A DNA stretch of 64,000 nucleotides from assembly GCA_034667725.1 (NCBI GenBank), contig JAXDQS010000005.1:96001-160000 (forward strand). Direction: 5' to 3'. Of this stretch, positions 19,090 to 28,923 are shown one piece after another (the stretch's first letter is position 1; every line of letters begins with the position of its first letter). The translations under genes were made by a program, and so were the position numbers. The DNA is from Thermoplasmata archaeon. GTDB lineage: Archaea; Thermoplasmatota; E2; JACPAO01; JAHFTW01. The notes below the pieces were generated by a model. It had not been told where the DNA came from. It searched no databases and was given only the letters and a program-made list of their open reading frames with translations.

Positions 19090-20340
19090 GTGGAGCTTCG
19101 CGTGCCGGCCCGCCTGCTGTTGCGCGGCCAGTGGCGCCGCCGCGCCGGTCGCCAGCTCTGGCTGGGCGCCGCGCTGGCCCTCGGCCTGCTGGCGTTCTTC
19201 CTCGTGGGCATGGCCTTGGCGGGCGCCGAGGAGTCGGTGGTGGAGCCGTTGCGGGCCACCGTCGTGGGCGACGTGCGCGTGACGCAAGGCAGCGTGGACA
19301 TGGCGGGCGGCGAGGCCTGGCCGGACGCGCGCGGCGTGCTGGAGCGCCTGCGGGCGCCGGGCGTGGTGGCGGCGCCGCGCCTGGAGGCGAGCCACGTCAC
19401 GGTGCGCGAGGACCAGCAGGACAACTGGACCGCCGGGCTCCTGCTGGGGATCGACGCGCGGCTGCCGGCCGAGCAGGCGGCGCTGGCCGACCGCCTGGTC
19501 TGGGGCACGGTGCTGCCGGCGGGCTCGCTGTTGGCGCCGGACGGCCGCGCGGTCGTGCCGCTGCTGCTGGGCGAGCCGGCGGCGCGCCGCCTCGGCGTCG
19601 TGGGGCCCGGCCCGGACTTCGCGCATCCGTTGAAGCTCTCCAGCGGCCGGTTCGCCGGCCGCGACGCGCTGCCGATCACGGCGGACGCGGTCGTGGTGGG
19701 CGTCTACCGCAGCGGCCTGGAGCCGCTCGACCGCTTCACCGCGTTCGCGCCCATCGGCGACGTGCGCCACCTGGTGGGCGGCAACGCCGGCGACCCGAGC
19801 GCCAACGCCATCGTGCTGCACGGCGCCGGCGCGGACGCGGGCCAGGCCGAGGCCGCGCTCGCCGGCCTGCCCGGCATCCAGGTGCAAGGGGCCCGCGCGT
19901 TCGCCCAAGGCTACATGGGCGGCCTGTTGGCGGTGCTCGGCATCGCCGGCGGCTTGGCGCTGGCGCTGTTCACCGTCGTCCTCGGCGTCTGGCTGCTGCA
20001 TGAGGTCGCGACCCAGCTGTCGCGGGACGCCGGCGTCGTGGCCGGGCTGCGCGCCATCGGGCTGCCGTTCCGCTCCATCGTGGCGGCCTACGCCGGCCTG
20101 TCGGTGGCGACCGTCGGCGCCGCGGCGCTGGCGGCGGCCGTCGTGGCGGTGCTGGTGTCCTGGCTGGCGCCAAGCGTCTCCGTCGAGACCGGCGGGTTGC
20201 AGGTCACGGTGGCTTGGCGGCTGCGGGCGGTGGACTTGGCGTGGAGCTTGCTTGCGGCGGTCGCGCTGGCGGCGGCGGCGACTTGGCTGGCGGCCCGCCG
20301 GCTGGCGCGCGTCAACGTCGCCGAGGCGCTGCGGTCCTGA
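19090..20340 (+). CDS. ABC permease (FtsX/LolE/MacB type)
   Basis: N-terminal TM, large extracellular loop, three C-terminal TMs, LRAIG, AARRLARVNVAEALRS tail. Confidence 0.8.
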   Translation: MELRVPARLLLRGQWRRRAGRQLWLGAALALGLLAFFLVGMALAGAEESVVEPLRATVVGDVRVTQGSVDMAGGEAWPDARGVLERLRAPGVVAAPRLEASHVTVREDQQDNWTAGLLLGIDARLPAEQAALADRLVWGTVLPAGSLLAPDGRAVVPLLLGEPAARRLGVVGPGPDFAHPLKLSSGRFAGRDALPITADAVVVGVYRSGLEPLDRFTAFAPIGDVRHLVGGNAGDPSANAIVLHGAGADAGQAEAALAGLPGIQVQGARAFAQGYMGGLLAVLGIAGGLALALFTVVLGVWLLHEVATQLSRDAGVVAGLRAIGLPFRSIVAAYAGLSVATVGAAALAAAVVAVLVSWLAPSVSVETGGLQVTVAWRLRAVDLAWSLLAAVALAAAATWLAARRLARVNVAEALRS

Positions 20341-20343
20341 GGG

Positions 20344-21879
20344 CTAGTAGTTGCTGCCCATGAGGGACACGGCGCCCAGCAAGGGCACCAGGCGGGCGGC
20401 GCCCACGCCGACGATGGCGGCGGTCGCGAAGTCGCCGCCGTAGGCCGTCATGCGCTGGGTCGCCTCGGTCGTGAAGACCATGGTGGCGCCCTCGGGGATG
20501 ACGGGCAGCTCGACGCCCTCCATGCCGCGCAGGAACGAGAGGGCGTTCTCGAGCGAGGCGCCGTCGAAGGTCTGCTGGATCTTGGACTGGGCGTACACGG
20601 GCAGGTTGGTGGCGAGGTCGACCCAGTAGGTCAGCTCGACCTTGTGCTCCTTGGCGACGGTGGCGCCTTCGAGCATCCGGAGCGAGAAGGTGTCCGCGAC
20701 CTTGAAGGCGGGGCGGTCCTGGCCGCCGACGGTGCGGTCCTCGACGCCGAGCACCTGGGAGACGTAGCGCATGCTGACACTCTTGCCGAGGTCGTCGACG
20801 GGGCCGGTGGCCTCCAGGCGGATTTCGTCGCCCTCGGCGATGTCGAGGGCGTAAGCGGCCGTGAGGAACTGCACGAGGGTCTTGTCGGGCGCCTGGGTGC
20901 CGAGCGCCAGCGGGTAGGTCTTGCGGGGCTCGGTCTGCTCCATCCAGGGGTGCTGCTGGGGCGGCTCGGCGCCGGGGAAGCCCTCGACGTCCACGTCGCC
21001 ATCGAGGACGAAGTGGTTGGCGTAGGCGACGCTCTTGATCTCGCGCTTGGCGTTGAAGGCCATGTCGAAGGTGGCGGTGGCGTCGAGGCTGGCGGTGCCG
21101 ACGACGGTGCCGTCGATGTCCGCGTCCGGCGTGGTGGCGTCGAACAGGACGTCCACGTCGTAGTCGAGGCCGGCGGACATGTCGAAGTTGACGGCCTCCG
21201 GGCTGGCCTCCACCGAGAGCTTGCCCTCGATGTCCACGCCGAGGTCGATGCGGGCGTGGTTGATGTGGCCGGACGGCTCAGAGACCTCTCGGCAGTCGTA
21301 GTCGTCGCACTCGTAGCGGCTCGAGTCGGGGAGCTCCATGTCGCGGACCTCCGCCTTGAGGCTGCCCTCGGCGTCCATCTCCCAGGTGGTGGTGCCGGCC
21401 TCGGAGGCGGCCAGCGGGATGGGGTGGTTGGCGACGGTGAACCAGTTCTCCACGGCGCCGGAGCGGGCGGACAGGACCTCGCCGGCCGTGTTGACGACCT
21501 TGACGGGGCCGAAGACGCCGGCGGCGGGGCTGGGCTGGATCTTCACCAGGTCGCCGTCGCGCAGGGTGGGGCGGGTGGTGAACTTGGAGAGGGGGGCGGA
21601 GCCGGGGGTGCCGCTCACCAGGGTGTACTGGAAGGTCAGGTCGGCCGGGGCGACGGGGTCGCCGGTGTGGGTGTACTCGTACCAGACGGTCGCGAACGAC
21701 GCCATGGCGGCCTCGATGCTGCCGGCGCGCTCCGCCATGTGGACGCGGTCCTGGTTGATGTCGGCCACGATGTGGCGGACCAGGCCGCTCTTGCCGGGCT
21801 GGGACTCGGCCTCGGGGCTCGTGCAGCCGGACAACAGCAGCGCGGCGACGGCGGCGACGGCGAACAGGGACGACCTCAT
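20344..21879 (-). CDS. Hypothetical lipoprotein
   Basis: Lipobox LLSGC; beta-rich acidic body; hydrophobic C-terminus. Confidence 0.75.
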   Translation of the reverse strand: MRSSLFAVAAVAALLLSGCTSPEAESQPGKSGLVRHIVADINQDRVHMAERAGSIEAAMASFATVWYEYTHTGDPVAPADLTFQYTLVSGTPGSAPLSKFTTRPTLRDGDLVKIQPSPAAGVFGPVKVVNTAGEVLSARSGAVENWFTVANHPIPLAASEAGTTTWEMDAEGSLKAEVRDMELPDSSRYECDDYDCREVSEPSGHINHARIDLGVDIEGKLSVEASPEAVNFDMSAGLDYDVDVLFDATTPDADIDGTVVGTASLDATATFDMAFNAKREIKSVAYANHFVLDGDVDVEGFPGAEPPQQHPWMEQTEPRKTYPLALGTQAPDKTLVQFLTAAYALDIAEGDEIRLEATGPVDDLGKSVSMRYVSQVLGVEDRTVGGQDRPAFKVADTFSLRMLEGATVAKEHKVELTYWVDLATNLPVYAQSKIQQTFDGASLENALSFLRGMEGVELPVIPEGATMVFTTEATQRMTAYGGDFATAAIVGVGAARLVPLLGAVSLMGSNY

Positions 21880-21939
21880 GCGGGACCATCCGCTTCCACG
21901 ATCCTCCGATATTTGGAGTTTGGCAGCGATGCCGTGCCT

Positions 21940-22311
21940 TCAACGCCCGCAGCCGACAGGAGTGCCGGCGCCGGCCCCGAACTCCACGGACCACGCGGGT
22001 TCGCCGCGGTGCGCGACGGCCAGGGCGTGCACCACGTCGCGCTCCGCGGCCTCGAAGCCGAAGCGGCTGCCGGCACGCACGGGCCCTGCGGGCTCCCATG
22101 CCAGCGCGATGGGCGTGCCGTCGAGGGTCGCGGTGACGTTGGCCGTGTCCCAGCCGGTGGGCGCGCGCGTGACGCACCACACTTCGTGGTAGCCCGTGCG
22201 GTCCGGCCGGGAGTCGAAATGGGTGGCCTCGAACGTCGCCTCCGTCTGGAAGGCGGGCCACGCCAGGCCGAGCAGCAGGACCCCGAGGGCCGCGGCGGCG
22301 GCAGCGCGCAC
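21940..22311 (-). CDS. Small secreted hypothetical protein
   Basis: Signal peptide-like N-terminus, beta-rich body. Confidence 0.55.
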   Translation of the reverse strand: MRAAAAAALGVLLLGLAWPAFQTEATFEATHFDSRPDRTGYHEVWCVTRAPTGWDTANVTATLDGTPIALAWEPAGPVRAGSRFGFEAAERDVVHALAVAHRGEPAWSVEFGAGAGTPVGCGR

Positions 22312-22465
22312 GCCACCGCCAGCCGCGGCCTGGGTCTTAATGGCCGCTCTCCAAATCTGGTCAGGATTCCGGACCGGCGCGGGCCGACCGGACTCGGTGT
22401 CGGCCTCCTTGATTCCGGTCGCCCCTCGTGCTCCGGAATGTCCTGCCCAAATTCTGCGAGCGGCT

Positions 22466-25400
22466 TTAGCCGAGCCGGTTCACCTGGCCTTGCAGCGGCG
22501 CCACCAGCGGCGCGGCCGGGGTCGTGGCGGCCGTGCCGAGCACGCCGCCGACGGTCGCGACCGCGGTGGCCTCGGCGCCGGCGACGGTGCCGTCGGGCAG
22601 CACCGCGTAGACGCCATCGACCATCGCCTCGACAAGGCCGCCGTCCTCGAGCGCCTCGTCGGCGGGCTCGGCGGCCGGGTCGACCTCGTCGAACACGGGG
22701 TCGATGACCGGCAGCAGCAGCGAGCCGTCGAGCTCGTGGCGCAGCTCCTCGGTGAGGCCGGTCTCGCGCACGGGGCGGGCCGTGAAGCTCGCCTGGACGC
22801 GCACCAGGGCCGCGCCCCAGTCGTTGCTGGGGCAGGTCGTGATGGTCGAGTCGGTGTAGACGCGCTCGACAGCGCGGAGGCCGACGGCGAAGTTGCGGGC
22901 GACGTTGCCGCAGACGCTCGCGTCGGAGGCGCCGAAGCCGCGCAGCAGGATCGCCGTCGTCTGCGGGTCGTTGGTGCGCACCGTGCCGAACGAGGCCAGC
23001 GTGCCGCCGGCGCCGTCGGGGTCGGTGCGGGCCTGCTGCATCAAGGCGCGCAGGTCGGCGCCGCTGGAGGCGAACTCGCGCGGCACGACGAAGACGGCGT
23101 TGTCCTCGATGGCGACGGTGCCGGTCTCGACGTCGTTGAGCTGGATGGCGGCGAAGCCGTGGCCGCCGCCCGACATGGCGCGGTCGTAGAGGAACACGAC
23201 GTTGTCCTTGAGGTCGATCCAGCCGTCGTTGGCGACGGGGTGGCTGTTGATGCGCTCGGCGCCCAGGTGCTCGATGGCGTCGACGATCTCGTCGGTGACG
23301 GGGTCGCGCTCGACCTCGCTGAAGTCGTCGCTCCAGATCTCGATGCCCGGGGCGTTGAACACGTCCACCCACAGCTTGCCGAGGATGTCGTTGCCGGTGA
23401 CGGCGATGTGGGTCTGGTGGAAGTGCTGCTTCTCCAGCTCCCACATGTCCTCGGAGGCGGCGGTGCGGTCGTCGCCGGCGTGGTCGCGGTCCTCGTAGCG
23501 GAGGCCGTAGCCTTGCGGGTCGATGATGGTGTTGTCCGTGAACGACACCGAGGTCCAGCGCTTGGTGTGGTCGTGGTGCGGCAGCATCCGGCCGTTGGCG
23601 TCCGTCATGTAGGTGCCGTCAGGGTTCTTCATGAAGGCGACCCCGTAGTCGGAGCCGTGGTAGTGCGACTCGCGGGCGAAGAAGCCGGGCGAGTGGTGGT
23701 GGCCGTGCAGGTCGAGGTCCACGGCGCCGTAGATGATGTTGTTGTGGAAGTCGGCCTCGTTGAAGCCGTCGGCGTTGATGGCGCGCTCGCTGGGCGGCGG
23801 GTTGGCGGAGGCGGCCTCGCGCAGGTGGATGCGGCGGCCGACCTCGTTGTTGCGGAACTCGCCGTCGAAGTGGCGGATCTGGCCGATGGTGTAGAACCGG
23901 TTCTCCTCCAGCAATCCGCCGGTGGCGGCGCCGGTGCGGCGGTTGTTGCGGTTGACCCGGAGGTCGTCCACGACGTTGTTGTAGGCGTTGACGCAGATGC
24001 CGTTCCAGTCGAGGATGAGGCGGCCCGCGTTGGCGGGGTCCAGCACGTCGATGGCGGCGTCCAGGACATGGTCCACGAGCGCCTGGAGGGTCGCGAACAC
24101 CAGGCCGGCGTACGCGAAGCGGCCCTCGGCCATGCTCGCGGCGGCGGCCATGGCGGCGCGCTCGGCCTCGGCCACGGCAAGCGCCTGGCCGGCGATGTCG
24201 TCGCGCAGCCCGTCGAGCGCCTCGAGCTGGGGCGCGGCCTCGCGGGCGGCCTCGTCCACGGCCTCGGCGGCCGCGGCGGCGGCCCGGGTGGCCTCGCCGA
24301 ACTTGTCGGTGGCCTCGGCCAGCTTCGCGGCCAGCACCTCGACCTCGGAGTCGGCGGCGGCCTCGGCGGTCTCGGCCTCCGTCACGGCGGCAACAGCCGC
24401 GTCGGCGCTCGCCTCGGCGGCGGCAGCCGCGGACTCGGCGGCGGCCAGCTCGCTCTCCGCGCCGGCAGCGGCGGCGGCCGCGTCGGCGGCGGCGCCGGCG
24501 GCGGCCTCGACGTCCGACCGCAGGCCTGAGAGCACCGCCGCGTAGGCGGCGTAGTCCTCCATGTAGGCCTCGTAGGCGGCGCCGACCTCGTCGGCCACCG
24601 GCTCGGCCTCGTCCAGGAAGGTGGTGTAGGAGGAGGCGAAGCCCACGAGCGCCGGCGGCAGGTCCGCGGCCCCGTGGTGCGTGTCCGGCGGCGGCGCCGG
24701 CACGGCGTAGGCCGCCACGAACGCCTCGAAGTCGTCGGTGAAGGCGTCCAGGCTGTCGCGCAGCGCGGCCACGTCGGCCAGCGCCGCGTCGCGCTCCGTC
24801 CGGGCCGCGTCCGCCGCGGCGGCGGCCACGGGCACCTCGGCGGCGACGGCGTCGGCCGCGGCGACGGCCGCGTCGGCGGCAGCCAGCGCGGCGTCGGCCT
24901 CCGACGCGCGCGCGTCGCGCTGCGCGCTGGCCTCGTCGAGCGCGGCTTGCGCCGCGTCGCGGGCGGCGCGGGCGGCGCCGACCTCGGCGTCGGCGGCCGC
25001 GAGGGCGGCCTCGGCCTCGTCCAGCTTCGCCTCGGCGGCCGCGGCGGCGGCCTCGGCGGCGGGCAGGCCGTCCGTCAGGGCGGCGAGGTCCGCCTCGGCG
25101 GCGGCGAGCGCGGCCTCGGCGTCGGCCAGGACGTCGGCGAGGTCCACGATGTCGGCGGGGTCCACGAGGGGGCCCTGGATGGCGAGCGCCTGGACGACGT
25201 TGTGCCGCACCACGACGCACTTCGAGGTGTCGCGGATCTCCAGCACGTTGCGGATCAGGTAGCCCTCGATGACGTAGGGGTCGGCGGCGGTGCCGTGGCC
25301 GGGGAGGCCCATGGCGGCAAGCGCCGCGTCGCCGACGATGACCATGTCCTTCTGCTCGTGCAGGGCGGCGACGGGCAGCTGGAACGCCTCCTCGCGGTTG

Positions 25401-25756
25401 GCGACGTAGGTGGTGGCGCCGCCGGCGGAGCCGACGACGGCGGTGGCGAGCGGGACCTCGTCGATGGCCGGCTGGTCGGTGAAGGTGTAGGTCTTGAGGC
25501 CGGCCTGGTCGCACGGGTCGTGCAGGACGTCCGCGTGGGTGTGGCCGACCGGCATCAGGGTGCCGCCGTGGCTATGCGCCGTCGTCGCAGGTCCCAGGTG
25601 GTGGTAGTGGGCGTGCCCATCGTCCTCGGAGTGGGCGTGGGGGTCGCCGTAGATGGCGCAGTCCTCGTGCCGCGTGCCGTGGTTGAACAGGTGGGCGCTG
25701 GCGGGGATCGACACCAGGAGGAGGGCCGCGGCCAGGACGGCCGATGCGACGCGCAT
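22466..25756 (-). CDS. Large secreted right-handed beta-helix protein with His-rich N-terminus and inserted coiled coil
   Basis: Signal peptide from ATG 25756; GHGTAADPYVIEG motif; Asn-rich beta-helix rungs; Ala/Glu heptad region about 24030-25170. Confidence 0.8.
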   Translation of the reverse strand: MRVASAVLAAALLLVSIPASAHLFNHGTRHEDCAIYGDPHAHSEDDGHAHYHHLGPATTAHSHGGTLMPVGHTHADVLHDPCDQAGLKTYTFTDQPAIDEVPLATAVVGSAGGATTYVANREEAFQLPVAALHEQKDMVIVGDAALAAMGLPGHGTAADPYVIEGYLIRNVLEIRDTSKCVVVRHNVVQALAIQGPLVDPADIVDLADVLADAEAALAAAEADLAALTDGLPAAEAAAAAAEAKLDEAEAALAAADAEVGAARAARDAAQAALDEASAQRDARASEADAALAAADAAVAAADAVAAEVPVAAAAADAARTERDAALADVAALRDSLDAFTDDFEAFVAAYAVPAPPPDTHHGAADLPPALVGFASSYTTFLDEAEPVADEVGAAYEAYMEDYAAYAAVLSGLRSDVEAAAGAAADAAAAAAGAESELAAAESAAAAAEASADAAVAAVTEAETAEAAADSEVEVLAAKLAEATDKFGEATRAAAAAAEAVDEAAREAAPQLEALDGLRDDIAGQALAVAEAERAAMAAAASMAEGRFAYAGLVFATLQALVDHVLDAAIDVLDPANAGRLILDWNGICVNAYNNVVDDLRVNRNNRRTGAATGGLLEENRFYTIGQIRHFDGEFRNNEVGRRIHLREAASANPPPSERAINADGFNEADFHNNIIYGAVDLDLHGHHHSPGFFARESHYHGSDYGVAFMKNPDGTYMTDANGRMLPHHDHTKRWTSVSFTDNTIIDPQGYGLRYEDRDHAGDDRTAASEDMWELEKQHFHQTHIAVTGNDILGKLWVDVFNAPGIEIWSDDFSEVERDPVTDEIVDAIEHLGAERINSHPVANDGWIDLKDNVVFLYDRAMSGGGHGFAAIQLNDVETGTVAIEDNAVFVVPREFASSGADLRALMQQARTDPDGAGGTLASFGTVRTNDPQTTAILLRGFGASDASVCGNVARNFAVGLRAVERVYTDSTITTCPSNDWGAALVRVQASFTARPVRETGLTEELRHELDGSLLLPVIDPVFDEVDPAAEPADEALEDGGLVEAMVDGVYAVLPDGTVAGAEATAVATVGGVLGTAATTPAAPLVAPLQGQVNRLG

Positions 25757-26016
25757 GGCAGCCGAAGCGGGAACACGGCATTTCCGTCTTTCGCGTCCCA
25801 CGGGCCTTTCCAACGTCCATTTTCGTGCAAAATGCCGGTTTTTGGCCAATGGGCCCGCGGCTTGGCGCTAGGTGGTTCGGCGAAACGACGGGCTCCGTCG
25901 CAAATCCAGGCCAAATCCGCGGCAAGGCGCACGGCACAGGTGCGGCACTTGGCGTCGAAAAAACAGGATGGGAAAGAAGAGGAGGAGCGGACTCTTGCCG
26001 GGTTTGTGCCGCCCGC

Positions 26017-26310
26017 TTACGGGATGCGGCGGTACTTGGTCGAGCGGTTGCCCTCGATGAGGTCACCGATCCAAGCGCCCAGGATGAACACGACCGTCAA
26101 GATGACCACCGTGAGCACCGTGCCCACGATGCCGGTGCCCACAGGCAACGGGTTCGCGTTCAGCGCGCCGCCCAACAGGGCCAGCAGCACGGCCAGGATC
26201 AGACCGATCACAAGCCCGTTCATGAACAGCCGGCTCTTGTCCTGGCGCCCAGGCGTAAGCCAACCATACAGCAGTCCTACCACGAAGATCAACAGTCCCC
26301 ACATGGTCAT
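26017..26310 (-). CDS. Small 3-TM membrane protein
   Basis: Hydrophobic; LYGWLTPGRQDK motif. Confidence 0.7.
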   Translation of the reverse strand: MTMWGLLIFVVGLLYGWLTPGRQDKSRLFMNGLVIGLILAVLLALLGGALNANPLPVGTGIVGTVLTVVILTVVFILGAWIGDLIEGNRSTKYRRIP

Positions 26311-26651
26311 TCACCCTACCCAAACTTCGACGCCGCAGGTCATGTGCCTTTCCCTCGGCCCGGGGCGCGGGCTTCTTCAGGGTGGGAGCGGGTTTTCGGG
26401 GGCCGTCCAGGAGAGGCTGGCGAAGGGTTCTCGTCGGCTTGGGTCGGGACCGGCCCGGAGCATAGCGGGCTTTGCGAAGCGCGGCCCACGCGGCGCCCCT
26501 CCACGTTTTTAACCATCGCCCGCCTCGCGCCGGCCACGGAACCGAAGGCCGGACCCGCCCTTGGAGGCGTCCGGAAGCCTCCCCGTCCCGGCAACCTGTC
26601 GCCGGGGCCATGGGCGGCGAGCCTAGGTCCACCCAACGGGTGAACCCGCAC

Positions 26652-27386
26652 ATGCAGCCCACCGCCGCGACCAACTACGACCGCGCCATCACCGTCTTCA
26701 GCCCCGACGGGCGCCTGTTCCAGGTCGAGTATGCCCGCGAGGCCGTCAAGCGCGGCACCACCGCCGTCGGCGTCCGCGCCAAGCACGGGGTCGCGCTCCT
26801 GGTCGACAAGCGCATCAGCAGCAAGCTGGTGGTCTCCGCCTCCATCGAGAAGATCTTCGCCATCGACAGCCACGTCGGCTGCGCGACCTCCGGCCTGGTG
26901 GCCGACGCCCGCGCCCTCGTGGACCGCGCCCGCGTCGAGGCCCAGATGAACCGCGTCAGCTACGACGAGCCCATCCCGGTGGACACGCTCGCCAAGCGCA
27001 TCTGCGACTACAAGCAGTCCTACACCCAGTACGGCGGCGGCCGGCCCTTCGGCACCGCGCTCCTGGTGGCCGGCATCGACACCTCCGGCCCGCGCCTGTT
27101 CGAGACCGACCCCTCCGGGGCGCTCATCGAGTACAAGGCGAGCGCCGTCGGCTCCGGCCGCACGCCCGCCCTGGAGGTCCTCGAGGCCGGCTTCAAGGAG
27201 GGCCTCAGCCTGGACGCCGCCATCCACCTCGGCATCAAGGCGCTGCACGCGGCCACCGACAACAAGCTCAACGCGGACGCCTTGGAGATCGCCGTCGTGG
27301 AGCCCGCCCTGGACGGCGGCCTCGGCGGCTTCCGGCGCCTGCCCGACGAGGCGGTCAAGGCCGCCCTCAAGGGGAAGGTCGAGTAG
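26652..27386 (+). CDS. psmA: Proteasome subunit alpha
   Basis: YDRAITVFSPDGRLFQVEYAREAVKRG. Confidence 0.97.
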   Translation: MQPTAATNYDRAITVFSPDGRLFQVEYAREAVKRGTTAVGVRAKHGVALLVDKRISSKLVVSASIEKIFAIDSHVGCATSGLVADARALVDRARVEAQMNRVSYDEPIPVDTLAKRICDYKQSYTQYGGGRPFGTALLVAGIDTSGPRLFETDPSGALIEYKASAVGSGRTPALEVLEAGFKEGLSLDAAIHLGIKALHAATDNKLNADALEIAVVEPALDGGLGGFRRLPDEAVKAALKGKVE

Positions 27387-27387
27387 G

Positions 27388-28104
27388 ATGGTCAGCCTGG
27401 AGAAGGCGGTGGTGGCCCGCCTCAGCCGGTTCGGCACCCACTACGAGGTCCTGGTGGACCCCGACCTGGCGGAGGCGGCGCGCGCCAAGCTGGTCGCCAA
27501 CGAGAAGATCTCCCCCGACGAGTTCCGCAAGGTCACCGCCGTGGACACCGTGTTCACGCACTGGTCCGACGGCAAGAAGGCCAGCGAGGAGCAGCTCACC
27601 AAGGCGTTCGAGACCACCGACTTTTCGGCCATCGCGCGCCGCATCCTGCTCGAAGGCGAGGTGCAGCTCACCGCCGAGCAGCGCAAGAAGATGGCCGAGC
27701 AGAAGCACAAGCGCATCGTCGAGACCATCCTCCGGAACGCCTGGAACCCCCAGACCAAGACGCCGCACCCCCGCGACCGCATCGAGCGCGCCCTGGAGGA
27801 GGCCAAGTTCAAGGTGGACCCCCAGCGGCACGTCGAGGAGCAGGTCGAGGCCGCGATGAAGCTGCTGCGCCCCCTGCTCCCGATCGCGTTCGAGCGCGTC
27901 CGCATCGCCATCAAGGTCCCCGCCGAGCACGCGGGCCACACCTTCGGCGTCATCAAGTCCCTCGGCGAGCTGCAGAAGGACGAGTGGCAGCCCGACGGCT
28001 CCCTCGTCTGCATCATCGAGATCCCGGCCGGCATGCAGCCCGAGGTCTACGACCGCCTCAACTCGACGACCCACGGCCACGTCGAGACCAAGCTGCTGAC
28101 CTGA
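27388..28104 (+). CDS. Ribosome maturation factor SBDS/SDO1
   Basis: VVARL..HYEVLVDP, GEVQLTAEQR, NPQTKTPHP; canonical position after psmA. Confidence 0.95.
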   Translation: MVSLEKAVVARLSRFGTHYEVLVDPDLAEAARAKLVANEKISPDEFRKVTAVDTVFTHWSDGKKASEEQLTKAFETTDFSAIARRILLEGEVQLTAEQRKKMAEQKHKRIVETILRNAWNPQTKTPHPRDRIERALEEAKFKVDPQRHVEEQVEAAMKLLRPLLPIAFERVRIAIKVPAEHAGHTFGVIKSLGELQKDEWQPDGSLVCIIEIPAGMQPEVYDRLNSTTHGHVETKLLT

Positions 28105-28123
28105 CATTCCAAGGAGAAACACA

Positions 28124-28921
28124 ATGAGCAAACAAGTGGAAGAACGCAAGCTGGTGCTGCCCGGCGACAAGGTGGGCGACAAGCGCTCCGTCGCGGGCGC
28201 TGGCACCAAGAAGGTCGGCGACGCTTTGGTCGCCACCACCGCCGGCCTGCTGCAGGCCCAAGGCGAGAAGGTCCACATCCTGCCGATGAACGGCTGCTAC
28301 GACCCGCGCCCCGGCGACCAGGTCGTCGGCATCATCCACGAGGCCAATACCGGCAACTGGATCGTCGACATCCGCGCCCCCTGGCTCGCCCCGATGCACG
28401 TGAGCGAAGTGCCCTGGCGCGTCGACTTCGGCGAGACCACGCAGTACCTCAAGGTCGGCGACGCCGTGCTGTGCAAGGTGCTGTTCGTGGACGAGCAGAA
28501 GAAGGTCCAGGTCACCCTCAAGGACCGCAACCTCTCCAAGCTGGAGGGCGGCGAGATCCTCGAGGTGCCGCCGTCGAAGGTGGCCCGCGTCATCGGCAAG
28601 AACGGCTCGATGCTGAACCTGCTGAAGGAGTACGTCGAGGCCTGGATGTTCGTCGGCCAGAACGGCCGCATCTGGCTCAACGGCGAGCCCAAGGAGATCC
28701 TGCTGGCGCGCGACGCCATCGAGGCCGTGTGCGCCTCGGCCCACCTGCCCGGCGTGACGGAGCGCGTCAAGGCCCTCTTGGAGGAGCGCAAGCCCGGCGG
28801 CATCGACGCCGGCATCAAGGTCGAGCGCGTGCGGCCGCAGCGCAACAACGAGGCCGCGAAGGAAGCCGCCGAGGGCGGCGAGACGGCACCGTCGGGCCAG
28901 GCCGACGGCACGGAGGAGTGA
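28124..28921 (+). CDS. rrp4: Exosome RNA-binding subunit Rrp4
   Basis: LVLPGD, S1 domain, KH motif RVIGKNGSM, GQNGRIW. Confidence 0.93.
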   Translation: MSKQVEERKLVLPGDKVGDKRSVAGAGTKKVGDALVATTAGLLQAQGEKVHILPMNGCYDPRPGDQVVGIIHEANTGNWIVDIRAPWLAPMHVSEVPWRVDFGETTQYLKVGDAVLCKVLFVDEQKKVQVTLKDRNLSKLEGGEILEVPPSKVARVIGKNGSMLNLLKEYVEAWMFVGQNGRIWLNGEPKEILLARDAIEAVCASAHLPGVTERVKALLEERKPGGIDAGIKVERVRPQRNNEAAKEAAEGGETAPSGQADGTEE

Positions 28922-28923
28922 AC

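Noticed and set aside
26311-26650. SRP or RNase P RNA candidate
   Set aside because: Signature motifs were not found by eye; kept only as a possible structured leader
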